DNA of 64,000 nt. Source: Lama glama (lineage: Eukaryota). The position numbers and the translations under genes were made by a program. The notes beneath the pieces were generated by a model. The model ran no database searches. It saw only the letters and a program-made list of their open reading frames with translations, and was not told where the DNA came from. The stretch covers positions 34,474,001-34,538,000 of the forward strand of contig CM052817.1 in NCBI GenBank assembly GCA_028534125.1. Reading direction: 5' to 3'. This document shows positions 1 through 13,734 of this stretch, in pieces (position 1 is the first letter of the stretch; every line of letters begins with the position of its first letter).

Positions 1-36
1 TGTGCTTGAAAAACATATTGCATGAATAAATATGAT

Positions 37-117
37 TTCCAAGTAAGGTTACATTCTGAGGTACTGAGGGGTAGAACTTCAACATAATAAATCTTTGTAG
101 GACCCAACCCACAACAT
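37..117 (-). mobile_element. MaLR (MLT1-type) LTR fragment
   Basis: ttccaagtaaggttacattctgaggtactgaggggtagaacttcaacat...caacccacaaca resembles the reverse-complemented 5' end of an MLT1 LTR; recalled from consensus. Confidence 0.5.
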
Positions 118-1439
118 GGGGGATGGAACGGAAGGCATAAGACAAAGCTGGACCTTAGGGAAGGAAAGGCATCGACCTAGAGCTGCTGAGAGCAAACAGG
201 CCAAGGGAATGAAGGGGAAGCCATGGCCCAGGCTCAGTTATGGGGTAATAAAGACAAAGTGGAACTTGAAGACTCAGACAGAATGCTGATGAGAGCTAGG
301 TGGGGAGGAGCAGGCCCAACAGCTGTGCCAGGATTTATATTAGGGCTGGCTCAGGATTGAGTGGCAAAAGGAGGTAAGGACAGGAGTGGCCATCAATATA
401 ACCACAGATGCATAGAGCGCCCCCATGAACGATCTTTACTGGGAAGTAGGTATTCAGATCACCTTCTGAGAGTGAAAGGTGAGAGGGCAAAGTGCCAGGG
501 GATTTGGATGGAGAAGATTGTGAAGACCCAACGCAGGATGATGGCCTCGGAATTTGACAAAAAGCAAATGAAAGGACCGTCAGGTGGCTTGGCGTGTCCC
601 ATGAATTCAGGTCATGAACCCATCCTGCTCTGTAGCTCTGATAGAAAGTGGGTGGTTGGGTCCACACAGGGTTGGGGGCTTGCAAGGCTACTGCAAGAGA
701 AAACCAGGAATGAGCACTGGGGTGTGTGTGTGGAGTGGGAAGTATAAAAAAGCACCAAGGGAGCATGAATTCAGGCTGGGAAGAAAAAGAAGCAAAGCAT
801 CCGCATCTCAGAAGCATTCACTCCTCACTCCCCACTGCCAGAGTTTTCCTTTAGGCCACAACCAAACTTTCACAGAAGCTTCTACCTGCTCTCCTGCCTT
901 TCGCCTTGCCCGGGCCCTGATCCCATTCACTCTCCACCCTGCTGTCAGAATAAGCTGAAAAGTCTAATCATGCTACTCCTTTGTTTAAAATTCAATCACT
1001 GCCATGGACCAAATATAAGCAGATGCAGTGTGTTGTACATCAAGGTGACAGCAGACATAGGATGCTGTACACCTAGGTCTTCTGTTCAACCAGGGAAGCC
1101 AAATCACGTAGACAAAGAAGCAGCGGCATCAAATCGGAGAAGCCTGCAGCTGATGTCAACACTCTACCTGCTTGCAAAGTGTGAACAAAGATAACTTCCT
1201 ACCGAGTGGGATTTGATGCACCACCACCACCATCACCACCAAAATAGGACCTTGCTGGTGCCGCTTCCTTGGTCTAAAAGGTTCTCTTTCCCTTTTTTCT
1301 CTTCATCTACTAGGAACTCTCAACATTCTTCAAGATCTAACTTCCTTCACTGACCACCCCAGTTAGAAATGACCTATCCACCCATTTAGCCCTTATTCTC
1401 TTCTTCATTGTGGTTATTTTTTCAAAGGTACATGAAATA

Positions 1440-1750
1440 AGCATTTCTGAACATCTGTGTGACAGGTGGTGTGTGAGGTGCTTTCATTTAGATCAATCTT
1501 ATTGGATCTCTTTCAGGAAGACTGTCTCATGCCCACTGTACAGATGAAGAAAATGCAGAGAGATGCAAACACTTGTTGAGGACCTATTCTGTGCACAGAG
1601 CTTTCCATACAGAATTTCACTCAACCATCACAGCAGCCCATGAGATGGCTTCTATCTTAGAGGCGACCGTAAATTACTCAGCTGATTGTTAAGTAGCAGA
1701 GCCATCAGTCTAACCCAAGTGTGTCTGCCTCCGAAGCCCCTGGGCTTTTC
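1440..1750 (-). mobile_element. MIR fragments
   Basis: MIR core-like tacagatgaagaaaatgcagagagat, plus agtagcagagcc...ctaacccaagtgtgtctgcctccgaagccc. Confidence 0.5.
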
Positions 1751-2029
1751 ACTCTGATACAGTGTTCAGGGAGCCTATGATCTCGGCCCTGTGGACCCCT
1801 CCCCATAGCTTATTGTATGAAACTTTACACACAGTAGAGGCTCAGTAAATTTGTTCACTCATCCATGCATTCATTCAGTCATTCCATAGATATATACTGA
1901 GTACCTTTGTGTTCTAGGAGGCACGGGTGTGCTTCTTAAATTAAGAAATGAATGTATATGGCATGGAATGTGGTACCAAGGGCCATGCAGAAATATAAAG
2001 GGAGTGTGGGAAGTGGGTAGAGGTTCTGT

Positions 2030-2760
2030 CTCTGGACTGTCTATTATACCCCACTGTCTATTTGTCTATCTCTGCTTTCACACCACATGGACATACCACT
2101 GCATCTCTGTACTAGCCTTGATATCTCATGAAGCAAGTCCTCTAACTTTTCCATCTTCAAGAGAACCTTGGCCATCTTTAGCCCTTCCTACCTCCATATA
2201 AACTTTAGAATCAGCTTCTTAAGTTCCACTAAAAGCTGGGATTTGATTGGAATTACATTTATTCCATAAATCAGCTTGGGGAGATTTGTCATTTTAACTA
2301 TCCTGAGACTTCCAATCTGTGAGCTTAGTATATCTCTCCTTTAAAATGTCTTCTTTGAAAAATTGTGCTCTACACTAGAATTTGACACAACATTGTAAAA
2401 TGACTATATAGTCAATAAAAAATGTTTAAAAAAGCCTTCTTTAATATCAGTAACATTTTATTTTATTTGAAGACTTCATACCTTTTATTAGATTTAATCC
2501 TAGACACATAATAGTTTATTGCCATTGAAATGGTATCTTTAAAACATTATTTTCAGTTTGTTACTGGAAAATAGAAATGATCAATATTTAGAAACTGGTT
2601 TTTGTATCCAGCAACCTTACCAAACTCTATTAGTTCTAATATCTTGTCTGTAGACTCTACTGGAGTTTTATATTATCTTCAAGTAATGACAGCTTGTTTC
2701 TTAGTTTGCAGTCCTTAGACCTCATTTCTTTTTATTTACTGAACTGGCTAGGGCCTTCAG
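2030..2760 (-). mobile_element. Old L1 (L1M-type) ORF2 fragment
   Basis: Degenerate antisense L1 ORF2 sequence (tccatataaactttagaatcagctt...gggatttgattggaattacatt; tttgtatccagcaaccttaccaaactct). Confidence 0.7.
2357..2428 (+). mobile_element. Very short 5'-truncated lineage-specific L1 3' tail inserted in the old L1
   Basis: Reverse complement of the L1 3' end at 49460-49525; flanked by imperfect TSD aaaatgtcttcttt (2343-2356) / aaaaagccttcttt (2429-2442). Confidence 0.8.
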
Positions 2761-3224
2761 GAAAACACAGACTCCAAAGGTGACTGAATTTAGTTTCACA
2801 GTGTGAAGGTAGAGCCAACCGGATTTGCTGACAGATTGTATTTGGGCTGTGAGAGCAAGGGAGGAATCAAGGTTGAGTTCAAGGTTTTGGGCCTGAACAC
2901 TTAGAAAAATGGCACTGTCATTTACTGTAGGCCAGGCCAGAGGTTGGTTGATTATACAGTGCTGGTAATTAAATGAAGGAAGACAAAAACTGATTGCTAC
3001 TTATTGACAATGATGTTTCTAACAGACTTTAGCCTGGTTTTGCACTTTTGAAATAACACAGCCTAGTAAGGATTTAAACATTAACAAATGCTCTCAAGTG
3101 GATCCAACTTGGGGTTTCCTATTCAGCCACTGCCCTCTGCAGGGGGCTTGGCTGAGTATGAGCTGTGCACTTCGATTAAAATCCAAACCAAAAAATGGGA
3201 TAAGTTTATCTTTCCTGTTTCTAT

Positions 3225-3250
3225 ACACACACACACACACACACACACAC
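3225..3250. repeat. (AC)13 microsatellite
   Basis: Directly visible. Confidence 0.95.
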
Positions 3251-4549
3251 GAAAACACAAAAACACACCTTGTTTTGCAATCTTTACCCAGGTCAGGTAA
3301 CTACAAAAAAACTTCCAACCCAGGAAGCTTGGTCCCTGCAATGCACTTCCAGGTAGCTCATCTGGAAAGATGTCATGGAAAGGCCAGCTGCATTTCTATG
3401 GGGTTAACCTAAGCACAGTGAAGAAACAATGAAGGGGGCAACCCCTGCAGATGAGACCCTGGGTCATTACAAAGAGACCTCATTGTTCCAGCTGGAAAAA
3501 CAAGATGACCATCCTTTAGCACGTAGCTCTCAGGTAATTTGTAAAACCTGATGTCCTTGCATAAAGAAGCAAAACTTCAAGAAATTGGCACATTTAACAA
3601 TCCAAAGGACTGTTCAAGCCACATTAACCTTCGCACCCAGTTCCTTGATGCTTATTCAACACACATGTAGGGTATCTCATTGGGGTAAGGATTGGCGCTC
3701 CCCTCCACCACCCCACACCTGCCATCCAAACTTAAGAATGTAAGCTCCAGAAAGGGAGGGATTATCCTGTAAGCCTCTCTGTTCTCAGTGTCCAAAACAA
3801 TGCCTGTCACATAATAGGCATACAATAATATTTTTTTGAACTGACATTTTCAAGGCTTCAAAAAATATTACTGAAAAGAGTTAAATGTTCACTTGTCCTA
3901 ACTGAAAATCAACGTTTAAAACTAATGAGTCAAGAAAAACAGCACTGTAACTACAGGGAAGTAAATGTCAGAAGAAACGATGACGGAGTTAAAAACTTTG
4001 CCTCTAAGTAGTGGAACTCTAGTAGGGAGACGCCTGCAGTTTTTGAAAGACAATTTTTACCACCTTCATTTCTGTATTTGCAAGTGCTTTGCTGATTTTC
4101 TACTTCATGTGTTTAAATTATACACATTCCCAACATCCTAATACAATTACTCATTTTTGTGTATGACCCACTTTCTTTATCCATATACACACATTCATAT
4201 GAATATAGTTGTTTGCAATCGTAGCTATACATTTTATAGCCAGTTTTTTTCACTTAACCTATAGTTTCAGTTATCATTAACTTTCCGTGTTTCTAGAGTC
4301 TTCATAATTATCATTTTAATGGCTTCATGATATTCCAGTGTGTTATTGTACAATAATTTAGCTAAATACCTTAAGGTGGAACATTCTGGATTGTTTCCAC
4401 TTTTCCATTGAAAATAATGCTGCAGTGTAGACGTGCAGACAAGTTGTCTTGTTCGTTCCGCTTCTTTGAACCATATTGTTGAATTATATTGTGGGGTTCC
4501 CTCTGGACACCTCTGACAGACTACGGACAGAGAGCCACTAGCCACCAAC

Positions 4550-5220
4550 AATGTGACCTGGACGCGCGAAGGCGCCCGGGGGGGCGGAGCCTCGGCCCAG
4601 GGGGCGGGGCCGAGCGCGTCCCCGCCCCGCGCTGCGTCACCGACGTCCCGCCTGGCTGAGCTCGGTGAGCTGCTCACGAGTGGCGACTGTCCGCCGGCTG
4701 GCGGTCCGGGCTCCGGGAGCGCGGACGCCGGGCGCGCCTGCCATGGCTCCCTGGGTGGGGACCGAGCTCTCGGCGCTGAACCCGCTGCGTGCCGTGTGGT
4801 TCACACTGGCCGCCGCCTTCCTGCTGACTCTGCTGCTGCAGCTCGTGCCGTCCAGCTTGCTCCCGGGCTGCGCGGTCTTCCAGGACCTGATCCGCTATGG
4901 AAAAACCAAGCATGGGGGGCCGCCGCGCCCGGCCGCTTGCCAGGCCTTTGATGTGCCCAAGAGGTAACCGCGCCCCGGGCGCGAGCCCCGTTGCCAAAGG
5001 GCGGAGAGCCGGGGGCGCCCGGTTCGGGCAGCCGGCAGGGGGCAGCAGAGGCGGACGCAGGCCCGGCGCGGACCAGCCGGGGAGGCCCGGACCGGTTCCC
5101 CGACCCGCGCGAACTAGGCCCGCCCGCCGGCACTGCCTTGTCTGCTGCGTAGCCCTGGGGGTGGAATCCCCGGAGTGTCCGGCCACACAGAGGAAGCTGA
5201 GCCGCACGCATCCTCGAGGG
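4550..5220 (+). promoter_or_regulatory. SRD5A3 CpG-island promoter
   Basis: Dense CpG; GC boxes GGGGCGGAG 4581-4589, GGGGCGGGGC 4601-4610, CCCCGCCC 4620-4627; CRE-like TGCGTCA 4633-4639; no TATA seen; covers exon 1. Confidence 0.88.
4743..4963 (+). CDS. SRD5A3: SRD5A3 coding exon 1 (steroid 5-alpha-reductase 3, polyprenol/polyprenal reductase of dolichol synthesis)
   Basis: Strong Kozak gcc[32 protein letters not shown]...[11 protein letters not shown]...FDVPKR; donor AG|gtaacc; 221 nt. Confidence 0.97.
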
Positions 5221-7061
5221 CACAGGAACATGCACTTGTGGACGCATGTAGCCTTAACTTCGGGGGAAATGACAGCGCTTCCAGATTTAGGCCTGGTCAC
5301 CAGGCGGCAAGTTAAAGTCTCTTTTGTCCCCATATTCTCTCTTTCTCCTCCCCTGCACTCTAGGGACTCATAATCTAACCTGAGGTCGCCGGAACTCGCT
5401 AGAAATGAAAGCAGGCCCTTGGTTCACGCCTCTATGCCCCCTGTTTGTCTCTCCGACCCTCGCAGTCTGGACGGAGGGCGAGACCCTGGTCTCCAACTGG
5501 TGCCACCTCCTTGGCCGCACTGACCCTCCTAATCCGCACCTCGTCAGGTGCCCGGAGATGGCATATTTTAGGCAAGCCTGGTCCCTAAGCACCATTTGAC
5601 TTTGAACAGATATCATAACTAAGCTCAGCGAAAGATTAAATCATTATGGCTTAAGTAGAATTCTTTTAGAAATTGTGAGTCATGTTATAGTTTTTTGTTT
5701 GTTTTTACTTTGAATTCAGAACATAGCCGGGAAGAGTCAGCCAGAGACTTCTAGATGGTAGGAATATACCAGTGGCTTTTCTTGGAGATACATCCTCAAT
5801 TGGCACTTAGGAAGGAGTCTGGAGGAATGTGATAGGGTTTCCGATGTATGAAAACATCTTGGTTATCGCTTAAACCACTCAGGGGCAGCCCCCCAGATCC
5901 GCAGACAAGAAGGGGGCTAAGGATAACTTGGCTGCTGGAATGTGGCTTCCCACTTTTGACTGTTGGAGGAAGATTCATCAGGTGTTAACCCTGAGAAGGG
6001 AGACCTAGGGTAAAGGGAATGCGGCCATGGGAGAGGGTAGGCTATTCAAAGAGAATGGTTAAACCTCCTATTTCTTAGAGGCTCTTTTTAAACGAAAATT
6101 TCCTGTCATCATATTTTTAATCAGGTTTTGATTGCAGTAAGTACTTTTCTACATCATAGCAGGGGGTATTCCTAGATTGTCATTGTTTTTAATGTTATGA
6201 AATGAAGAAAAAGATTATTGCTTTTGAGAGTGTGAATTCTGACATTTATTTTCTGAGTTTTAAAAAAGGTACTAGTGCTTCTGGATTAAAGGGCACATTT
6301 CAAATCATTCCCTGCACTCAGCCTGTTACTACTCTAGTCTGTCATTATATGACAGACAAGAAACAGATTTTGTACCTTTCCTTATTCGTTACTACAAAGT
6401 TGGTGATCTTTGGGCTTCTTGTAATTTTTACTGTATTATGAAATAATTTACATCGTTTTATTCTTCCAGAATTCTAGAATGGATCCTTCTGTGGGGTTTT
6501 GTTTGGCTTTTTTCTGAATTTAAACTGAAACTTCATTTCATGCTAGAGAAGGTACAGCAAATCCAGGCCAATAATGAAAGGCAAAAGTGTCTAGATGCTG
6601 TATTTAAATATTTTTCCTTGTTCAAAATTCAGTAGGACTCTTTAAGGTAAAAATAAGCCTATAATTTTTACACTTAGAAATAGGCAGCTGTAAGTCACAT
6701 TTCTGCACCCAAGAGCGTAGGTGATTTTGTTTGAGATTTTCTTTTTCTCCTAAAGAGGCAAGAATTAAACCTTAAATTAGTTTGTGCAATGTTTGATTCC
6801 ATTATCCCTGTCCAGTAGGTTTTTTTTTAAATTAAGGTGATGGTTGCTTTTCTTGTTTTCCTTTTGGTTCCTAGAGTTTTGATTTCCCAGAAAGTCTGAA
6901 TAGATACATGACTTCGAACATGAAGCACAATACTCTTAACTTGTATAGCACATATGGAAGTATTTCTTCTGTTTCTAGTATTTCAAAATGTTACTGAAAT
7001 ATTGCAATTGAATTGAGCTCTAGAAGCAAAGAGAACTGTCCAGACTTTCCCTAATGGGGTT

Positions 7062-7514
7062 CAGGGGTCCTAACCAGCAGTCCAGGGGATCTGCGCATAG
7101 AATTCCAGGCAAATTGGAGTGGAAAAAAGTACATCTTTATTTCACTAACCTCTAACTGAAATTCAGCATTTCCTTAATGATGAATGTAATCAACAAACCA
7201 CAGTAGAATTAGCAGTACCTGCAATTTTGTGATAATTTTTTTAATATATTAAGAATACTGAAGAGATCTCAAAACATTATTTTCGTCAGTATAAAAATAC
7301 TGTAGTAGTAGTCTCCATTAGATCTTGTTACTTAATACATTAAGAAGCACATATGTTACTATGGCACAAATGTTCCTTAGTGGTTGTGTTACCTATATTT
7401 CAATATAATTGGGTTTCTTTGTAATCCCTATGTATTTTATGCTTGGGAAGGAGCCTGTAGCCTGCACCAGACTGTCAAAGGAGTCTACGGAAGGAAAATA
7501 CTATGAAAACCCTG
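7062..7514 (+). mobile_element. hAT-Charlie DNA transposon (Charlie4a-like)
   Basis: Termini caggggtcctaacc / gaaaaccctg; internal tacatctttatttcactaacctctaactgaaatt matches the recalled consensus. Confidence 0.7.
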
Positions 7515-7714
7515 CTCGAGACCGTAAACCTGTGATGCATTTACATTTGTCTTGTTTGTTGCCATGTCCCTGGCTCAGTGCCTGACAGATAATAAAGTCT
7601 TTGATCAGTGTTTTGAGTGAGTCAAAAAAGAGAGATTTGGGGGCTTACTTGCTTTGTTGATTAACATTCTGCTTTCTCTGAGAGTAACTTTGGATGAATT
7701 ACCTTCCCTTTAGT

Positions 7715-8170
7715 TCATTTGTTTAACCAGTGTTTGTAGAGTGCTTACTGTGGGCCAGGAGCTTTTCCAGGTTCCTTGGAGCTTTTATTTTTATCAGACA
7801 GTAAGTATGTAAACAAACCTGTAAAACATGCAATATAATTTCAGTTGATAATAAGTGCTTCAGAGGAAATCCAGCATGGTTACTTGATCATGAGCAAGAT
7901 GGGGGTGGGGTGACAGCATTAGAAAGATTGATTGGGAAAGGGCAGGGCAGGAGGTGAGTTCATTTCAGGAGGCCAGGACAGATGGCCCTCCAGGGCCTCA
8001 CAGACCATGGTGGAGACTCGATTTTATTGAATGTATGTAAAGTGGCTTTAGAATGGGGAAGGGGGCATGGCATTTGTGATTGATGTTTGAAAGGGTGGAT
8101 GGAGAAGGCTGGATAAGAGGCTGTTATGGTGGTCCAGGCAGGAGGTGGTGGTGTGGGCTAGAGTGTTAAC
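7715..8170 (-). mobile_element. L2 fragment
   Basis: ttcatttgtttaaccagtgtttgtagagtgcttactgtgggccagg is an antisense L2 3' end; ggtggtccaggcaggaggtggtggtg motif. Confidence 0.55.
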
Positions 8171-8299
8171 ATAATAGCACCTGTTTGTCATATATGTGGT
8201 GATGACATTAAAACACGTAGTACAGGGCTAGGTACCTACTTAGAACTCAGTAACTATTATCTGCCTTTCTTTGTTAATTCCTAACTCCCCTAACTGGTC

Positions 8300-8860
8300 C
8301 TGGGACAAGTTCTGGCAATTAGCATGTGTGTATTAAGTCAGATCGTATCTCCTGGCTCAAAACCATCCAGTGGTTTCCAGCTCATTCACAGGAATTACGA
8401 AAGACCCTATACAGTCTGTTCCCCACCACCTCACTGACTTTGTCTCCTATAGTTTGCCCCCCATGTGGCTCCAGTCCAGTTTCCTGGGCTTCCCTGCTAA
8501 TTCTTTCTCCCACCTCAGGGCCTTTGCACTGCCTGTTCCTTCTATCTGGAAGCTGTTCTCCCAAATAGCCAGCTGGTTTATGCCCTCATTTCTGCTCAGA
8601 TATCCTCAGTAAGGAATACCCTATCTATCCTTTTTGAAAGTATGATATTACCATCACCAGCATTCCTTCTTCTCTTTCCAGCATTAGTTTTCTCAGTAGC
8701 AGTTACCACCTACTGACATGCTGTAAAATTTGCTTCTGTGTGTAACTGAGTATAAGCTCCATGAGGGCAGGAATTGCTGTCTGTTGTGTTCGTTGCTGTA
8801 TCCCCAGAGCCTGGAGTGGTCCCTGGCTTATGATAAGCACCAAAATGTGCGTTAAATCAG
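8300..8860 (+). mobile_element. L2 fragment
   Basis: cccacctcagggcctttgcactgcctgttccttct and tataagctccatgagggcagg are typical L2 3' motifs. Confidence 0.7.
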
Positions 8861-9545
8861 AAGAGTGCTTGCTGGGTGCCCAGGCCTCTGTTACCATAAG
8901 GGTCACCCTGTCCTTGCTCCCAGGGGCTCACTTCAATTAAACAGTGTCCCCCAGGGAGGGGGGAGAGGGAGGGTGTCTGGAATAGAAGGAAGTGAAGTTT
9001 TTAGATCTGCTTTTGAGGCTACAGCTGAGTCTTTTAAAAGAGATACAACCTTGAATAAGGAGTAGAACATATTTATTCTAGCGGGAAGTCAGGCAAGCAA
9101 AACAAAAGATAGAACGTGCAAGATAATAAGAATAAGAAAAATAATCTGCCTGTGAGTCAAAACCCCATGGCACAAGTAGGGCCCCACAAGATGTGGCTTA
9201 GCAGCTTATATCAAACATACTTCAGTGACTTGGTTGACTTAGGGTTTGTCATATAAATTGGTACAATGTGGGGCCAGAAAAGCAGATTCAGCAGAGTCTA
9301 GATTGCATGAAGAGGAGCACAGCTGTGTGATTTAACTTCAGAGTCATCAGGGCTGAGTCTGGAGCCAAACACTGCCACTTAATGCATGACCTTGAATAAG
9401 TAACTTAACCTTGAGCCTTCGTTTTCTTATCTGCCACATGATGATAACCACATAAACTTCACAGGAGTGTTGGGAAGATGAAATAATCTTAACTGGTCTC
9501 CCCACAACTAGTCTGTTCTCTTACCTAGTTGCCAGAGGGATTTTT

Positions 9546-9734
9546 TTTTAACTTAAAGAAGAGTGAAATGGATGAGCAATGCTCTTTTTTTGTGTGTGAT
9601 AAAATATACATGACAACAGTGGTATATGTGGTAAAGTGGTAAAACTTTAACCCTTTTTGAGTATACAATTCAGTGTCTTTAAGTACATTCACGTCGTTGT
9701 GCAACCACCATCCATTCCAGAACTTTTCCATCAT
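9546..9734 (-). mobile_element. 5'-truncated L1 3' end (L1MB-like) inserted into an L2
   Basis: gtatacaattcagtgtctttaagtacattcac...ttccagaacttttccatc; 14-bp TSD ccagagggattttt at 9532-9545 and 9735-9748. Confidence 0.8.
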
Positions 9735-9749
9735 CCAGAGGGATTTTTG

Positions 9750-10176
9750 AAACATAAATTATACTTCAAGTCACTCTGTTCAGATGGCTCCCCACCACAC
9801 TTAATAAAAGCAGTGTCCTTACAGGGCCCTAGAGTGCCTGCCCCTCCTGCCTCGAGCCCTAGCCCTCTCCACACAGATGCCCTTTATTCCTCAGGGCTTC
9901 TTGTGGTGGTGGTTTCCTCTGCCTAGAAAACTCTTTCCTCAGAAATTCCCAAGGGTTACTCATTCTAGCCAAGTGTCCCTTCCAGAGGGTCATCCTTGAC
10001 CACCCATCAGCACGGCCTCCCCTCTGCACTCTGTCTCCTCTCCAGCATGGGGCTAGAGGTCTGCTGAAAGGTAAACTTCACTGAGGCAGGCACCTGATCT
10101 GTTTGCTCGCTGCTGAGTCCCTAGCCCCAAGAACATTGCCTAGCACATTGTAAGTGCTCGATAAATGTTTGTTTAA
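9750..10176 (+). mobile_element. L2 3' fragment
   Basis: Ends gcctagcacattgtaagtgctcgataaatgtttgtttaat, an L2 terminus. Confidence 0.65.
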
Positions 10177-11516
10177 TATGAAGTAGGTAAAGTAACTGAT
10201 CCAGATGTTTCTCCTCAGAAGCCGGCCCTTCCCCTTTCCATGGGAGCCCGCAGGGCAAGGGCTACTAATACTCTGCTCTGTCGACTCAGACCAGACCTGA
10301 GCTCAGTTCTAGGAAGTATGTCTTAAGGAAGACCCAGAGAGGCACCCAAAAGCCAGAGGGGAGAATTGATGCTCACGTACGAACTGTGGAGGAAACGAAG
10401 CTCTTGAGCCTGGAGATCAGAATTGGGAATAACAGGACGTCTCAGAGAGGACAGACCCAGCGATAGAACTTAGCAACACTAGTAGGGAGAATTGAGTGGG
10501 TTGCTGTGGAATGATCATCTTAGATCAGTGTTGTGAAACTGAGTTGTGGGCATGGTTGAGGGTGCTGCAAGTTCTGACAGATACAAGCATATTCTGGATC
10601 AACTGGAAGAGGAGTCCCTGAGACTCTGTGCAGGACTCCAGGCCCTCTTACTTCATCACAGATTAACAAGACAAGAAAGAGGCAGGCTTAATATAGCTGT
10701 GGTGCACTGAACACTAGGGAAGGCCCGATGACCTCCAGGCACCCTGCAGAGTCAGAGGTTTTGAGTTGATTTGAACAGACAAGTAGTGTAGGTAAAGAGA
10801 CCTCAAAAGAAGCTGTGTTAGCCCTTTTGCCATATTAGGTGATTTCATTGTGGCAAACAACGTCTTTCACACTAAATTAACATTGCTAATCACTAATTTC
10901 AATTTTTATTGGCTTTGTGGTTTTATTTCAGTTGTTATTATGTTGATTTCAAAATAGGTGCTATGCTTGTCTGAGAGCTATACCCATCAGGAGTTGATAG
11001 TTTATGAGTTAATATTTGTCATGTTATTATAAAAGTAATTTAAGTCAACACAACTTAGGAAACACTGAATCAGAAGACCTTTAAGGTTTCTTGTAACCCC
11101 TAAGAGTCTTACTGTACAAATCTTGTGTAACAGTTCTATGGCACAACATTACTCAAGATTTAAAAATCTCCCACAGATGTGGCTTGTGTTAGCACAATGT
11201 GGGCTGTCTCTGCCAGGCCCTGGGGCCCCCTGTTTTTGAGTCTGAGCCCAGTCTAGTTACCTCAAGATGAGAGATACCTAACTGACCCTCCATCTGAGTT
11301 TAATAAGATCATTCGTGTTCTTGTTAACCTCAGGAAACTTCTTTTTCCTATGAGTTAATGAGTTCCATCATTTGAAAGGGAATTTTAAAAATCTGTACAT
11401 CTGCAGGATTCAGGTTCTATTAAAAAGCAAAACTGTACTTGGGGGCAAAAAGTGTAGGGAAACTAAAAATAGTCTTCCTGCAGAATGGCTTAAAGTGGAT
11501 CTACCCTGTCACCTAA

Positions 11517-11879
<363 letters not shown>

Positions 11880-13503
11880 TAGCAGAGCTGAGAGTCACCT
11901 CTCCGTCCCTGACTTCCCAGCAAGAACTGTGCTGTGGACAGGACTGGCTGCTCCCCCTCTGATATTTTTAGTACTGTTGATAAATTTATGCAGTCTTTAC
12001 ACTTAAGAGGAAAGGCTTTTAGGATCCCTTGGGTTTGCCTTGAAACATTTATCGTATATATAGTTCCAACCAAAATGTCTCCAGACTCCAGAAATTTGAT
12101 AGAAAATTACTTTTTGATCATGGGTTAAAAATGTTTGTTATGCTGTAAGGCTTTGGTTATATAATAAAATTGACTGTAAATAGTTGTTAACCAGATGATT
12201 ACAAAATAGCCTTTAAATTTGCCTCTCTGTGCCTCAGATAAAAGATACACAGGGCAATTTTTTAAATAAGGAATTGAAGGTGAAAACCGTAAAGCAGCTT
12301 CAATTAATGTCAGGCAGCAGAAGAGGGGCAGAATTAGAAACAAATTGTTCTGGTGCTCTGTCCTTTGTTGCAAACTGCTGGCTGCCTAGGAACAGTCCTT
12401 TTCTGAATAACCAGAGGGATTTGTTGCAAAAGATGACAGAAGGACAGAGCTATGCAAATCTGCTTGGGAGGGGAATACACCTCAGCGAACCCCACTTCAC
12501 CCAGTTAAACTTCATCTCTTCATTTGTTTACTGTGGGGCTGGCTGGGGTTTTATTTGTTTTTTAATTTAAACCTATTCCTGAAGAGTTAGAACTAGATTT
12601 TACTATATTTAAAATAGAAAAGCAGACAAAGCTAATCTACGTGATAGGTGGCTCCGAAGGGCTTACCATTGGGAGGTTTGGGATGGGGGGCGGTGCCTGG
12701 AAGGGAGTACAAGGAGGTACTGGTTGTGTTCTGTTTCTTCATCTGGGTGCTGGTCGTATGGGTGGGATGGGCTGGTTTAGTCTGTGAAATTCCATTAGGC
12801 TGTATCCTTCTTGTATTTTTACAATGAGTGTATGAGATCACATTTTTTAAAACATCCAGATTTTTATTTTTAAAAAGTTTTAATGAATAAAAATTTATTT
12901 TATTCATTTTAAAATCAGCATTTCTTCCGACTTCTTTTAGGGCAGAGGTGTGAGAAGCAGATAGGAAGATAGGTCTCAATCCTCACTGTCCCTCAAAGTA
13001 TAATTTCTTTTTTTTTTTTTTCAATATGGAAAGGAATGCACAGTTCTCCCTGTCTCTGTCCTGTCCCTCTTTCTGCCTTTGTACGTGACTGTGTCTCTTG
13101 TGCCCCCTGACCTCAGGGATCCCACCTGGTCCTGGCTCACAGGTCGTACAGGCACTGTTCCTGACCATCTTCGTCTGGCATTAGTGCCAGGGACCAGAGA
13201 CCGCGGTCGGGCTCTGAGTGCACAGACCCCGTCCTACTGATGGCCACGTGACCCAGAAGGCTCTTACATCACGAAGCAGACCTGAGTTTGTCCCAGCCGT
13301 GTCACTAGCTTACTGTGTAACGTTGAGCCAAATTCCCTGACTTCACTTCCTCACTTCCACTCACTCCCTCATTGCCACAAAAAAGGGAGGTGTTAGACTG
13401 GATGACTTCTAGGGCCCCTTCCTAAGTCTGATCTGGTTTAACAGTAAGGAAAGGAGTAACGCTGGATGAGTCCCAGAGAGGTGCTAAGTGCGTTCTGCTC
13501 TGA

Positions 13504-13734
<231 letters not shown>

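Noticed and set aside
335..1194. ORFs of 74-160 aa at the window start
   Set aside because: No homology recognised and no splice or promoter support; partly degenerate L2-like sequence.
4553..5373. Several long overlapping ORFs on both strands, including an in-frame GTG extension of SRD5A3 at 4665
   Set aside because: Stop-poor CpG island giving low-complexity R/P/G/A peptides; the ATG at 4743 has a strong Kozak context and gives the expected protein length.
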